From an uncultured Spirochaetota bacterium (GTDB lineage: Bacteria; Spirochaetota; UBA4802; UBA5550), in NCBI GenBank assembly GCA_963827275.1, contig CAWHAA010000007.1, positions 128,001 to 192,000 on the forward strand: DNA of 64,000 bases, given 5' to 3'. The translations under genes were made by a program, and so were the position numbers. The notes beneath the pieces are model-generated. The model did not search any database and was not told the DNA's origin. It was given only the letters and a program-made list of their open reading frames with translations. Each line of letters starts with the position of its first letter. The stretch's first letter is position 1. Below, piece by piece: positions 40,016 to 49,524 of the stretch.

Positions 40016-40051
40016 TACCTCTGCCGGAGCGGGGGCCGGTCCCCACGCCGG

Positions 40052-41103
40052 TTAAAATCCTATGTAAAATCCCCTGTTCTGCACCGCCAGCTCTTTCAGG
40101 AAGTCAACCGCCTCCGAGTCCTCCTGCTTCCTGAACTCGGTGCCGACCCCGACGGTAAATATCTTTTTATCCGACCTGTTCATGGTGCGTATCTTTTTGA
40201 GAAGGGCGTCCCTGGTAAGCTTCTTTTTCCTGAGTGGAATCCGGCTGGCCGTCGCTGAAGAGAATGATCCCCGCCGCGTCCCTGTAGGCGTCCTTCGTAA
40301 GAACGAATTCCATCGCGGTTTCCGTCGGCGTGTCGTGGTACGGCTGCAGGCAGGCGATCTTCTGGTAAAAGCCGTGCTTGTCGTTCTCTGAGAGGATATT
40401 CACCAGTTTCCCCTCGAAGTATCCGTACTTGTAGCACGTCAGCGCGGGGTTGTCGTACGCTTCGTCGCGCAGCTCGTAGCCGGCGCAGCGCTTATCGGGG
40501 CCGGGGCGTATGACGAACCCCGGGTATATCTCCCTGTTGATGTTTTCGGTGAATGCCGGGAAATAGACGATATCGATCCAGTACCGCTCGTCCATGGCGG
40601 CGATGAACATCTTCAGCGCGGCCTTCACCTGCGAGAGCCGGTCCTCCCTGTACTTGTTGTTCTCCGCGGCCATGCTCCCGGACAGGTCGATCACCATCAC
40701 GATTTTATGGGGTATCCTGAACGCGATCAGCTCGCTGGTGTCGTCGGTGGCCTTGAATAATCTCATTCTTTATCTCGTTGATTTTTTTTACGACGTTCGC
40801 GAATTGTAGCGTCGTCGAGTCGATTATCTTCGTGATGGACGAAATTTTCTCAATTGTCTGTGGATGTTCCGTTTTGTATTTTTGCAGTTCCTTCCGGGTC
40901 TCCGTCAGCTCGTTGGTCGTTTTCGCGAGCTCGTCAGATGCCGTCATCAGCTCCGATTTCACGTCCTGGCAGGCCGAAGATTCCACGCCGATCTTTTGCG
41001 TCAGCAGTATGAGCATCAATATCACGACCGCGCCGAGGGCGCCTGATATGGTGTCCAGCATGGAGATGTTAAAAGAATTTATTTCCCGGCCCGGACGTTT
41101 CAT
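40052..41103 (-). CDS. Single-pass membrane protein with ExbD/MotB-like anchor, coiled coil and vWA domain; frameshifts near 40761 and 40235
   Basis: FNISMLDTISGALGAVVILMLIL anchor; MIDAS IDLSGSM, DTPT, FSDGQP; restored C-terminus KIFTVGVG...FLKELAVQNRGFYIGF ending at TAA 40052. Confidence 0.78.
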
Positions 41104-41898
41104 AGACTTTTCCGCCTGTCAAAAACATGGAGCCTGTTTATCAGATTTGTCAGCACGTACTTCCCCGCCCTGTTCAGTACGTCCTCTTCGCCTCTCTGTA
41201 CGATGTTCCATATAAACACCAGTATTGCGCTCAGGACGAGGGCGACGATCGTCGTTCCGAACGCGAAGCCGAGGTCTGCCGTGATTTTTTTAAATATCAG
41301 GACTTTTTCGGCGCCGGCCCCCATGAATTTGTTGATGTCCATCCGTCCCAGGGCGTACGCAATACCGATAACGGTCCCCATGAAGCCGAAGGTCGGTATG
41401 GCCCATACGAGATACCTGATGATCGAATAATTAAGGTCCAGGCGGTGTATGCTCAGGTCGAGATTGCTGTTCAGCACGGAGATGGTATCGCTGATCGAGT
41501 GTGATTTTGAATACTGGATGATGCTGGTGTTTATCAGGTCGGGAAGAAACGCCTCGGCCCGCACGGCGGCATTGGACACGTTGATCCTGATCGCCTCGAT
41601 GTCCTCGTCGTTTTCCAGGAGCTTCCCCGTCTTCCTCGGGAAGGAACCCCGATTTTGTAAGGAAAACATTCTCTTCGTAGGTGCAGAGCCATCGTATCCA
41701 TAATTGCCCGAGGCCAATGAAGAATAAAAGGTGCATCAGGTTTTGCAGGGAAAACGGGTACACCGGCGATGATGTTTCGCCGATCATCATGTCTCCCCAG
41801 AACGTGCCTCCGATGAAAACGGTCAGAAGGGCTATGATGACGATGGCGACAACGACTGATATGCCGAGCGCGATCCAGTTTCTGTTGGAATAACTCAT
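41100..41898 (-). CDS. MotA/TolQ/ExbB proton-channel family protein, frameshift near 41625
   Basis: YLVWAIPTFGFMGTVIGI and LGFAFGTTIVAL; two N-terminal TM helices in the other frame; AGGAG RBS before ATG 41898; ATGA overlap with next gene. Confidence 0.85.
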
Positions 41899-41930
41899 GT
41901 GATAATCTCCTCTGCCGGGCTGATTGCCGG

Positions 41931-43463
41931 TTATTTTCTCGGAACACAATCCCCTTTTTCGTCCCTGGAATAGCCGTCCCTGCACAGACAGGTATTTTTG
42001 CGGTCCGACCAGACCTCGTTGCTCTTCGAGCATTTCTTGACGCACAGGTACTTGTTCGGCCCTTTCCAGTGCGGCACCTTCCGCTCGTCGGCCCTGCACG
42101 CGTCAGTACACGCGCCGAAGGAGTTGACGAGCTCGCAGGGTTCGCACCGGTTTGTCGCCCGGTTCAGCGAATACCCTTTTACGCACACGCAGGCGCTCCG
42201 GTCGGAGTTCCATTGCTCGTGCTCACGGCAGTCGCAGTAGCCGTATTCGTTTATTATACCGCGCCGCGCGGCGCATTCGGCCGTAAGCTTCTCCCGTTTC
42301 TTCTGCTGCACCGCGTGTTCCCGTTCCCAGGTCTCTTTCTGTTTTTTAAATTCCTCGAACTCCCTGTTGAGCTCCGCCTGCTTTTTCGCGACTATTTTTT
42401 CCTCGGTCTTCCTGGCTTCGCCCGCAAGCTTTTCCCGGATGACGGTTTTGGCGTCGTCGAGCTCCTTCTGCTTCTTGTTCAGCTCGGTCTCCCTGTCGTC
42501 GAGCTTCTTCTTCGCGATATTCAGCTGGTCCTTTGTCACGGTGAGCTCTGATCTCGTGCTTTCCAGCTCTTTTTTCACCCCGCCCAGCTGGTCCCTGGCG
42601 CTCAAGAGCTTCCCCCTCGTGTCGGAGAGCTCGTTCACGGCGGTGTCGAGGTTTTCCCTGGTGCCGGCAAGCTCTGACCTGGTCCCTTCCAGCTCGTTCC
42701 GCGCCTTCGCGAGGTTGTTCGATGCCGCGTTGAGCTCGTCCCGCGCCGCGCTCAGCCTCCCCTTCGTCGCGTCAAGCTCGCCCCTTGTTTTGTCGAGCTG
42801 CCCGGCGGTTTTATCGAGCTCGCCTTTCGTCGCGGCAAGACGGTCGCTCAACTCGCCGTACTTTTCGCGCGAGTCGTCAAGATCGTCCTGGAGGGACCTC
42901 TGCCGCGCGAGCATTTTTGAAACGCCGCCGAAGCTGTAGCGCGCCGCGATGCCCCAGTTGATGTCGAATTTCATCTTCGGCGTGATGACAAGGGCGGGGG
43001 CCGCGAAGAGCGACAGGGTCAGCGGGTATTTGGTAAAGGGCATGGACAACCCGATTGGGAGCCTGACATTGCTGTGAAAGTCCCTGTCCTGGTAGTCGTA
43101 TCCTACAAGCCCGCCGACGCCGTAGAAAAACCGGAGCTGCAGGTCCCGTGACCGGTAGAGGGTGAGGTGCTCGAAGAGCAGGTCGAGGGTAAAGACAAAG
43201 TCCCGCCTGATCGACGAACCGATGGTAAAATCTATCCCGAAAAAATCGACGATCCACCACCGCGCGTTTATGCCTGAGGGCATCCCCGCCGCGCCGCCGA
43301 TCTCGAAATTGCCTTTCTGTGAAAAGGGGTAGAGCGCCGCCATGCTGGCGGGCGCCCCCTGTCCGGGTGTTGCCTTTTTTTCATCCCCGTATGACGGCGT
43401 GACGTTCAGGCCGACAAGCATGACGGAAAGGATGATAATGCCGAGAGGTGGTTTCATGTGCAT
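41931..43463 (-). CDS. Secreted protein: predicted outer-membrane beta-barrel + heptad coiled coil + Cys-rich C-terminal domain
   Basis: Signal peptide; alternating aromatic/Gly strands ending WGIAARYSF; repeated heptads such as ELDKTAG/QLDKTRG/ELDATKG; 14 Cys in last ~115 aa. Confidence 0.72.
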   Translation of the reverse strand: MHMKPPLGIIILSVMLVGLNVTPSYGDEKKATPGQGAPASMAALYPFSQKGNFEIGGAAGMPSGINARWWIVDFFGIDFTIGSSIRRDFVFTLDLLFEHLTLYRSRDLQLRFFYGVGGLVGYDYQDRDFHSNVRLPIGLSMPFTKYPLTLSLFAAPALVITPKMKFDINWGIAARYSFGGVSKMLARQRSLQDDLDDSREKYGELSDRLAATKGELDKTAGQLDKTRGELDATKGRLSAARDELNAASNNLAKARNELEGTRSELAGTRENLDTAVNELSDTRGKLLSARDQLGGVKKELESTRSELTVTKDQLNIAKKKLDDRETELNKKQKELDDAKTVIREKLAGEARKTEEKIVAKKQAELNREFEEFKKQKETWEREHAVQQKKREKLTAECAARRGIINEYGYCDCREHEQWNSDRSACVCVKGYSLNRATNRCEPCELVNSFGACTDACRADERKVPHWKGPNKYLCVKKCSKSNEVWSDRKNTCLCRDGYSRDEKGDCVPRK

Positions 43464-43533
43464 GCCCCCGTATGGTAACCAGTTTTAGAATAATTTTCGA
43501 CACACGGGTTACAAATAAATTCACGAAATGCGG

Positions 43534-44490
43534 TTACATCCCCAGTATCGAACCGAGTTCCGGCAGGGAAAAGAAATTGCTGTACAGGAACAGTCCGTAC
43601 AGGAGTAAAAGCCCGAAGGCTTCCCACCGGTTGATAATTTTTCCGGATGTAATGAATATCTGTATTATTACCGCTGAAAGCACCAGGAAGGGCATGGCAA
43701 ACCCGATTATCCCGCTGGAAATCGCAATGGGACTGATAAGGGTGCAGATGCCGAGGACCATCAGCTGCGTGAAGATGTTTGATGCGTACACCTCCCCGAT
43801 CGTCACGTCCGCCTTTTTTTTTAAGGTTGCTGCAAGGCTGATGGCGAGCTCCGGCAGGCTGGTGCCGAAGGCGAAGAGAATTACCCCCAGCGTCAGGGAG
43901 GGGATTCCCACCGCGAGTCCGAGCTTTTCACCGTTGTCCAGGGCCAGCTTCGCGCTGAAGATGATGCCGAAAATCGCGGCGACGGCCCAGAGCGCGTGGA
44001 CCAGGATTGTTCCTTTCGGGGCCTCGTCGTGCCGGTGCTTCTCCTTCCTCGCGGCGCGGATCACTGAAATGATATACGGGACATAGACAAGTATGAGCAG
44101 GGCGCCGTCAAGGCGGGAGAGCGTCCCGTCCATTGACAGGACCATGACCAGGGCGGCGGAGAGTATCATCCAGCTCGATTCCCTGTCCTTGATCTGGTCG
44201 TGGATGTCGATGGGGCGGATGAAGGCGCACACGGCGGTCACGAAGGTCAAGGTCACGAAATTGGACCCGATGACGTTGCCGACCGAGATATCCGGGTTTC
44301 CCCCGGCTATGGCGAACGCGGAGATGGTCAGCTCCGGCAGGGAGGAGAGCACGCTCACGCCGAGGACGGTGACGACCAGCTCGTTCACGCGGAAGAACTG
44401 CGCGATGGGCGTGATCTTCCTGAGAACGATCTCGGAGGACACCCAGAGGAGGGCGATCCCGGCGAGAAATAGTACGAGGTACAGAAGCAT
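43534..44490 (-). CDS. Sodium/calcium exchanger family (YrbG-like) antiporter
   Basis: Two alpha repeats SSLPEL...GNVIGSN and GTSLPEL...GEVYASN. Confidence 0.92.
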   Translation of the reverse strand: MLLYLVLFLAGIALLWVSSEIVLRKITPIAQFFRVNELVVTVLGVSVLSSLPELTISAFAIAGGNPDISVGNVIGSNFVTLTFVTAVCAFIRPIDIHDQIKDRESSWMILSAALVMVLSMDGTLSRLDGALLILVYVPYIISVIRAARKEKHRHDEAPKGTILVHALWAVAAIFGIIFSAKLALDNGEKLGLAVGIPSLTLGVILFAFGTSLPELAISLAATLKKKADVTIGEVYASNIFTQLMVLGICTLISPIAISSGIIGFAMPFLVLSAVIIQIFITSGKIINRWEAFGLLLLYGLFLYSNFFSLPELGSILGM

Positions 44491-44527
44491 GCGACATCCC
44501 CCCTGTGCCGGACCGGGCCGCCGCGCG

Positions 44528-45469
44528 TCAGGTATTGATCCGCGCCGCCACCCACTCCTGTGATTTCCTGAACTGCGCGTTGCCGCCGGCGCTGTTCCCC
44601 TCCTCGGGGTAGACCTCCATCACCTTTTCACTCCTGATGTGGTTGAAGAGGCTGAAGACGCACTCGGGCGGCGATATCGTGTCCTTGAAGCCGACCGTGG
44701 CCAGCACCGGGCAGAAGATCATGTCGGCGAAGTTGAGGGCGTCGAAATAGGTGAGGTTGTCCTTGACGAGCTTTTTCTTGTTCCGTGCGGTCGCGACAAA
44801 CTCGTTGATCTCCCTGCTGGCGTCGCTCCTGGCGAGGTTCTGGCCCAGGGCCAGGTGGCAGAACGCCGGCGTGTCGAGCACCAGGGCCGCGATGCGGCCG
44901 GTGAAGGCGGTGATGAAGACGGCCGCGGCGGCCCCGAAGCCCTTGCCCATGGCGCCGATGGCGCTGCAGTTCAGGTCGGGGATGAGCCGCAGCAGGTCAA
45001 TGGCGCGGTAGAGGTCCAGGTACACGGCCTTCACGTAGTAGGCGTCGCGGTCCAGTATGTTCTCGATCAGGTATCCCGGGGAGGACGGCTCCTCTTCGTC
45101 GACTGACGGCGCGATGATGTTCGCGTGCCCCCTGAGGGTGATGAAGAAGTGGGCAAGCGAGTCCTCCAGCTCCTGCTGGGGGCGGGGAACAAGGTTGTTG
45201 TAGTCGTGCACATGGACCAGCGCCCTCGGCTTGCGGACCTTGCGCGGCACCAGGAGTTCCGCGGTGATCGTCGTCCTGGCAAAGCCCTTGTACGAAACGT
45301 CATAGGAAGTAAAGCGGTGCGATGATTTCCGGTTGTTTTTCGCCAGCTCGGTCTCAAGGGGCGCCTTTTTCGCCTCGGTGATTGAGCGCTCCCAGAACTG
45401 GTCGAAGTCGGCCTTTTTATCCTGTGGAGGAAGGTTCAGAAAATATTTGTCGAAATTGCTGAGTGGCAT
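44528..45469 (-). CDS. Acetyl xylan esterase / cephalosporin-C deacetylase (CE7) homolog, apparently inactive
   Basis: DFDQFW, LRGH, YYVKAVYLD..RA, LTYFDALNFA, GFKDTISPP; GKGFG in place of GxSxG and GN in place of GH. Confidence 0.8.
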   Translation of the reverse strand: MPLSNFDKYFLNLPPQDKKADFDQFWERSITEAKKAPLETELAKNNRKSSHRFTSYDVSYKGFARTTITAELLVPRKVRKPRALVHVHDYNNLVPRPQQELEDSLAHFFITLRGHANIIAPSVDEEEPSSPGYLIENILDRDAYYVKAVYLDLYRAIDLLRLIPDLNCSAIGAMGKGFGAAAAVFITAFTGRIAALVLDTPAFCHLALGQNLARSDASREINEFVATARNKKKLVKDNLTYFDALNFADMIFCPVLATVGFKDTISPPECVFSLFNHIRSEKVMEVYPEEGNSAGGNAQFRKSQEWVAARINT

Positions 45470-45476
45470 GGTTCCT

Positions 45477-45893
45477 TCAGCTGTTCGTTATTTTATAGAG
45501 TAAATAGTAATTGTTGCTGAACAACAGGTAAAGGAGGAGCAGCAGCACGGACGAGACAAAGAGAAAAAAGAAGAATATGGAAACGTAGTAGAACGGCTTC
45601 CGGACCATGTACCGGGCGATCTCTTCTTCCGGCAGGCCCTCCTTTTTAAGGCGGCGGACCTTCAGCCCGATTGACAGCAGGGCAATGGCCAGCAGCCCGA
45701 ACAGGGAAAGGTCCCTGACGATAAAATTGAAGGTCTCCTTGTTGCGCACCGCGAAGACGGTGACCGGGTAAATGAGGAGGTTCATAATTATCACCGACAG
45801 GACGGCGACCCCCATTGTGAAAGCGGCAAGGGTCAGGAGGTCCCTGAACCGGTCGCGCAGTCTCCTTTTCTCATACAGATATCCATTATACAT
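45477..45893 (-). CDS. Hypothetical membrane protein (3 TM)
   Basis: Three hydrophobic segments; ATG 45893; co-directional with neighbours. Confidence 0.65.
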   Translation of the reverse strand: MYNGYLYEKRRLRDRFRDLLTLAAFTMGVAVLSVIIMNLLIYPVTVFAVRNKETFNFIVRDLSLFGLLAIALLSIGLKVRRLKKEGLPEEEIARYMVRKPFYYVSIFFFFLFVSSVLLLLLYLLFSNNYYLLYKITNS

Positions 45894-45933
45894 GCCGGGC
45901 CTTTTACTTGTTACGGGGTTACGGGTTTGTGCG

Positions 45934-47064
45934 TTATTTCTTTGTCTCTTTTTTTGCTTCAGGCTTGTCTTCTGTTTCGATGCCCATCGCTTCCAGCGCC
46001 TTTCCGGCGGCCTTCTGCACGCGCGGGTTTTGATCATATTTCATCTTGTATTTTAAAATGTCAATTGTTCTTTTGTCCTTGAAATCTTTTATCAGGCTGA
46101 TGGCCTTCAGCCGCACCTGGGCGCTGTTGCTCCTGAGCGCGTTGATCAGCTTCGGCACCGCGTCCGGGTCGCCGAGCCTCGCCAGCGCGGCGACCGAATA
46201 GAGGTAGAGGTTGTAGTATTTCTTCCGCTTCTTGGCGTCAAGGGAATCGATGGCGGTGATGACCTGCTTGATGTCGGGGGACGCCTCCTTCGCGCCGAGC
46301 TTTGCGAGAGAGCTGGCCGAATACGCCCTGAGCATTTCGTCCTCCGCCTCGTCCCTGTATATCTTCAGGAGGGCCTCCTTCGATTCCCCGGAGGGCACCT
46401 TCCCGAGGAAAAGCACCAGCTCCTCTTTCACGGCCTTGTGCGTTTTCGGGCTCTGCAGCGCTTCCTTCGCGAAGGGGACCATCTCCGCCGCCTTGAATTC
46501 GCCCAGCGTGTCTATGAGGGCCGTGGTCAGGTTGTTGTTCTCGTCCAGCTTGCGGGCCTTGAGCCGCTCCGCGAGCCGGTCTTTCGCGGCGGTCGCGTTG
46601 ATTTTCTTGAGGGCGTACACCGCCGAGGTGCGGACGTCTTCTGACCGGTGGTCGATTTTTTCCATCAGGAGGGGGAGCGCGGCGGTCTCCTTCATCTCGC
46701 CGAGCACGGTGATGGCTTTTATCAGCAGGTCGGGATCGTCCTCGTCTTTCATCAGGCTGATCACTTTTGCCGCGAGCCTGCCCCGTATGGCGGGGTCTTT
46801 CATCTTCTGGATGCTGCCGGTCGCCCGCGCCCGTTCCTCCTGCGTCCCGTACTCGAGGGTCTGCTCGATCATCCCGGCCTTTTGCTCCTCGGACATCGGG
46901 GGCTCCTTGACGGGCTCCTTTTTTTCCGCTTTCGCGGCATTGCCCGTCGCGGCAGGCGCGCCTGGTCCCGCGCTCTTTGTGGCGGTCTCCGCCGCGCGCG
47001 CGGCGCAGGCCGCCGCCATGAATATCGCCGCCGCGATTACCACGTACCGGTGTGTTCTCTTCAT
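45934..47064 (-). CDS. Secreted HEAT-repeat protein
   Basis: Signal peptide from MKRTH; repeats AITVLGEM, VRTSAVYAL, SASSLAKLG, VRLKAISLI. Confidence 0.85.
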   Translation of the reverse strand: MKRTHRYVVIAAAIFMAAACAARAAETATKSAGPGAPAATGNAAKAEKKEPVKEPPMSEEQKAGMIEQTLEYGTQEERARATGSIQKMKDPAIRGRLAAKVISLMKDEDDPDLLIKAITVLGEMKETAALPLLMEKIDHRSEDVRTSAVYALKKINATAAKDRLAERLKARKLDENNNLTTALIDTLGEFKAAEMVPFAKEALQSPKTHKAVKEELVLFLGKVPSGESKEALLKIYRDEAEDEMLRAYSASSLAKLGAKEASPDIKQVITAIDSLDAKKRKKYYNLYLYSVAALARLGDPDAVPKLINALRSNSAQVRLKAISLIKDFKDKRTIDILKYKMKYDQNPRVQKAAGKALEAMGIETEDKPEAKKETKK

Positions 47065-47204
47065 GGCTCTCCCTCCGTATCCGGACCGTGACGGCCCGCG
47101 ATTATGAATTGACAAATGATAAACCGGCCGGCATCAATTATGCGGCCAGTAAAAAAAGGGGCGGAAGGCGGTGCCTGCCTCCCCATACCGGGGGAATATA
47201 CAGC

Positions 47205-49268
47205 GTGGCGCGCGACTTGTCCATAAAAAAAAGGTTCCACGATATAATCGGCTTTATTGTGGGCCCGGCGGAAGGCGGCGCCCCTGTCCCCGGGGTGGAT
47301 ATCAGCGGCCAGTTCAGGCCCGGGGAGCGGGATGACGTCTCCCTGGCCCGCAACCTGAACGCGGCGTTTTGTATCGCCCTTTCGGGCCATGACGCTCCCT
47401 GCTACGGTACGGCCCGCGGGTACCTTGAGGGGGCGGGTGGTGCGGCGGCGGAGTTTTTCATCCGCGGGATCGGGCTCATTGAACGGGAGGTTGAAGAGCG
47501 GTACGGGGCGGACGACGGCTTCCGCCATGATGTTGACACGCTGCACAGCGCCATCACCGCCGCAGGGCCGCGCCCGGCCGGGGAGGACGCGATCGCGCGC
47601 CTGTGGCGGCTCTTTTTCCCGGAAGGAGTGTCCCGCGCCGACTTCAGCTCACGCGTGGCGGAGCTCAGGGAAAAGAGGCGCGTCACGATCACCGCGATGA
47701 ACCCGCGGCCGGTCCGGGCCCCGGAGCGGGAGGTGCTCTTCACCGCGAACGCGCTCCTGACCGTGCCGCCGCGGCCCGCCGGCGCCGCGGGCCTGTCCCC
47801 CGGGGTGCGGGAGGCGGTAGCTGCGGCCGCGGCGGAAGAACAGCGCCACTGGTATGACCACCCGGTGCCGGTTACGGACGATTGCGACAACGAGATCATA
47901 TACGGGCTGCGCAACCTGTCGGAGGCGGTCCTCTTCGAGGAGGGGGCCGGGTGCAGGGAGCCCGGCGCGGACATCGACTGCGTGCTGTCGGTGTCGGTCA
48001 CTCATCCGTCCCTCCGCGGCGCGGCCGGGCCCTGGCTCGCGTCACTGCTCGCGCGCACCGGCCAGCTGCGCGGCGTCAGCCTCTACCCATTCACTGAAGA
48101 CGACACCGTCAGGCTGCTGGACGAAGTCCTGGTGCCGGCCGCCCGTCGCTGGCTTCCCGGCCGCGACGACGCACCGCTCAGGGAGGTCTTCGGCGTTGAC
48201 GGCGAATACGGGAGGCATTACAGCTTCTTGAAAGCGATCGCGTCGTTCTGGCGCGTGTTCATCGCGCCGGAGATCCGGGCCGTCTTCAAGATCGACCTCG
48301 ACCAGGTGTTCCCCCAGGAGGAGCTCGTCCGCGTAACCGGCGCCTCGGCCTTCGGTCACCTGAAAACGCCGCTCTGGGGCGCCCGCGGCGTGGACAGCGC
48401 CGGCGAAGAAGTGTACCTGGGGATGCTGGCCGGCGCCCTTGTAAACAGGCGGGACATCGGCGCGTCCCTCTTCACCCCGGACGTGCCCTACCCGGAGAAC
48501 GTCCCGGCCGGGGACGAAGCGGTGTTCAGGAGCGCGGCGCCCCAGGCGGTGTCCACCGCCGCAGAGATGGCGAACGGCCCGCCGGGTGCCGGCGGCGGCA
48601 CGGCGGTCCAGCGCGTGCACGTTACCGGGGGCACGACCGGCATACTGACCGAGGCCCTGGAGCGGTACCGGCCCTTCACGCCCTCGTGCATCGGCAGGGC
48701 CGAGGACCAGGCCTACCTGCTTTCGGTGCTGTTCAGGCATGATGAGCGCGGCTTTCTTCGCTACGCCCACTGCCCGGGGCTCGTGATGCGTCATGACGCC
48801 GACCTCTTCGCAGAGGCGGCGGCGTCGGCGCGGAACGGCAAGGCGATCGGCGATCTCGTGCGCATCCTGCTCTTTTCCGATTACGCCCGGGCGCTCCCCT
48901 GGCCGGAGGAACGCATCAAGGAGGCGGTGGACCCCTTCACCGGCGCCTTTATCTCCCGCATACCGATAACTATCGTGTACCTGCGCTTCGCCCTCAGGGC
49001 GGCGCGGCGCTTCGCCGAAGACCCTGGCGAGGGGCTTCGCTTTTTTAATGAGGGGGTGCGGCGCCTCTCCGGCATGATGGGACCGCTGCGGCCGGGAGAA
49101 AACGCGTTTACAAACCTGTATGAAAGGGAACAACGGGGATGGGACCTTTACTACGACGTCCTGGCCGCGGCAGAGAAGAACGCCGCCGGCGGTGATGGCT
49201 TTGCCCTGGAGCTGATCGGGCGGGCCAGGGCCATCGTACGCTCGCTGAAGGCCTGTACCGGCGCCTAG
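47205..49268 (+). CDS. Large hypothetical protein with GT-A glycosyltransferase-like motifs
   Basis: ~690-aa ORF, GTG start estimated; KIDLDQ, HVTGGTTG, GRAEDQ, MRHD. Confidence 0.65.
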   Translation: MARDLSIKKRFHDIIGFIVGPAEGGAPVPGVDISGQFRPGERDDVSLARNLNAAFCIALSGHDAPCYGTARGYLEGAGGAAAEFFIRGIGLIEREVEERYGADDGFRHDVDTLHSAITAAGPRPAGEDAIARLWRLFFPEGVSRADFSSRVAELREKRRVTITAMNPRPVRAPEREVLFTANALLTVPPRPAGAAGLSPGVREAVAAAAAEEQRHWYDHPVPVTDDCDNEIIYGLRNLSEAVLFEEGAGCREPGADIDCVLSVSVTHPSLRGAAGPWLASLLARTGQLRGVSLYPFTEDDTVRLLDEVLVPAARRWLPGRDDAPLREVFGVDGEYGRHYSFLKAIASFWRVFIAPEIRAVFKIDLDQVFPQEELVRVTGASAFGHLKTPLWGARGVDSAGEEVYLGMLAGALVNRRDIGASLFTPDVPYPENVPAGDEAVFRSAAPQAVSTAAEMANGPPGAGGGTAVQRVHVTGGTTGILTEALERYRPFTPSCIGRAEDQAYLLSVLFRHDERGFLRYAHCPGLVMRHDADLFAEAAASARNGKAIGDLVRILLFSDYARALPWPEERIKEAVDPFTGAFISRIPITIVYLRFALRAARRFAEDPGEGLRFFNEGVRRLSGMMGPLRPGENAFTNLYEREQRGWDLYYDVLAAAEKNAAGGDGFALELIGRARAIVRSLKACTGA

Positions 49269-49510
49269 GGAATTACGCCGTCACGGCCCTTGCAGCTGAT
49301 GATGCTCAATGCGACGGCCCGTGATTCAACATCGAAGCAGTCGTTGTAATCGGCATAGCCGTTATCGGTAAGATAGCCGGCGTCCGAACAGTGGAGGTTC
49401 ACCACGGCCAGCTCGATCAGGGCGTACCTGTCGCAGACTTTGCCGAGATTGTCATCGCAGGAGCAGAGGAGCAGCAGCGACGCGGACAGCACTGCAAGCA
49501 GTGTTCTCAT
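49265..49510 (-). CDS. Small Cys-containing lipoprotein
   Basis: MRTLLAVLSASLLLLCSC lipobox; four further Cys. Confidence 0.55.
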   Translation of the reverse strand: MRTLLAVLSASLLLLCSCDDNLGKVCDRYALIELAVVNLHCSDAGYLTDNGYADYNDCFDVESRAVALSIISCKGRDGVIP

Positions 49511-49524
49511 GGCGTTTATTCCCC

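Noticed and set aside
40052..41898. Zorya ZorAB or flagellar MotAB
   Set aside because: No long ZorA cytoplasmic tail, no OmpA-like peptidoglycan-binding domain, no zorC/D/E or flagellar genes nearby
42400..42900. CRISPR-like or tandem DNA repeat
   Set aside because: 21-bp periodicity is coding heptad repetition; no identical repeats with spacers and no cas genes
48962..48975. Fourth ACCGATAACTATCG copy
   Set aside because: Deep inside a coding region (codons IPITIV) with no promoter context; probably chance
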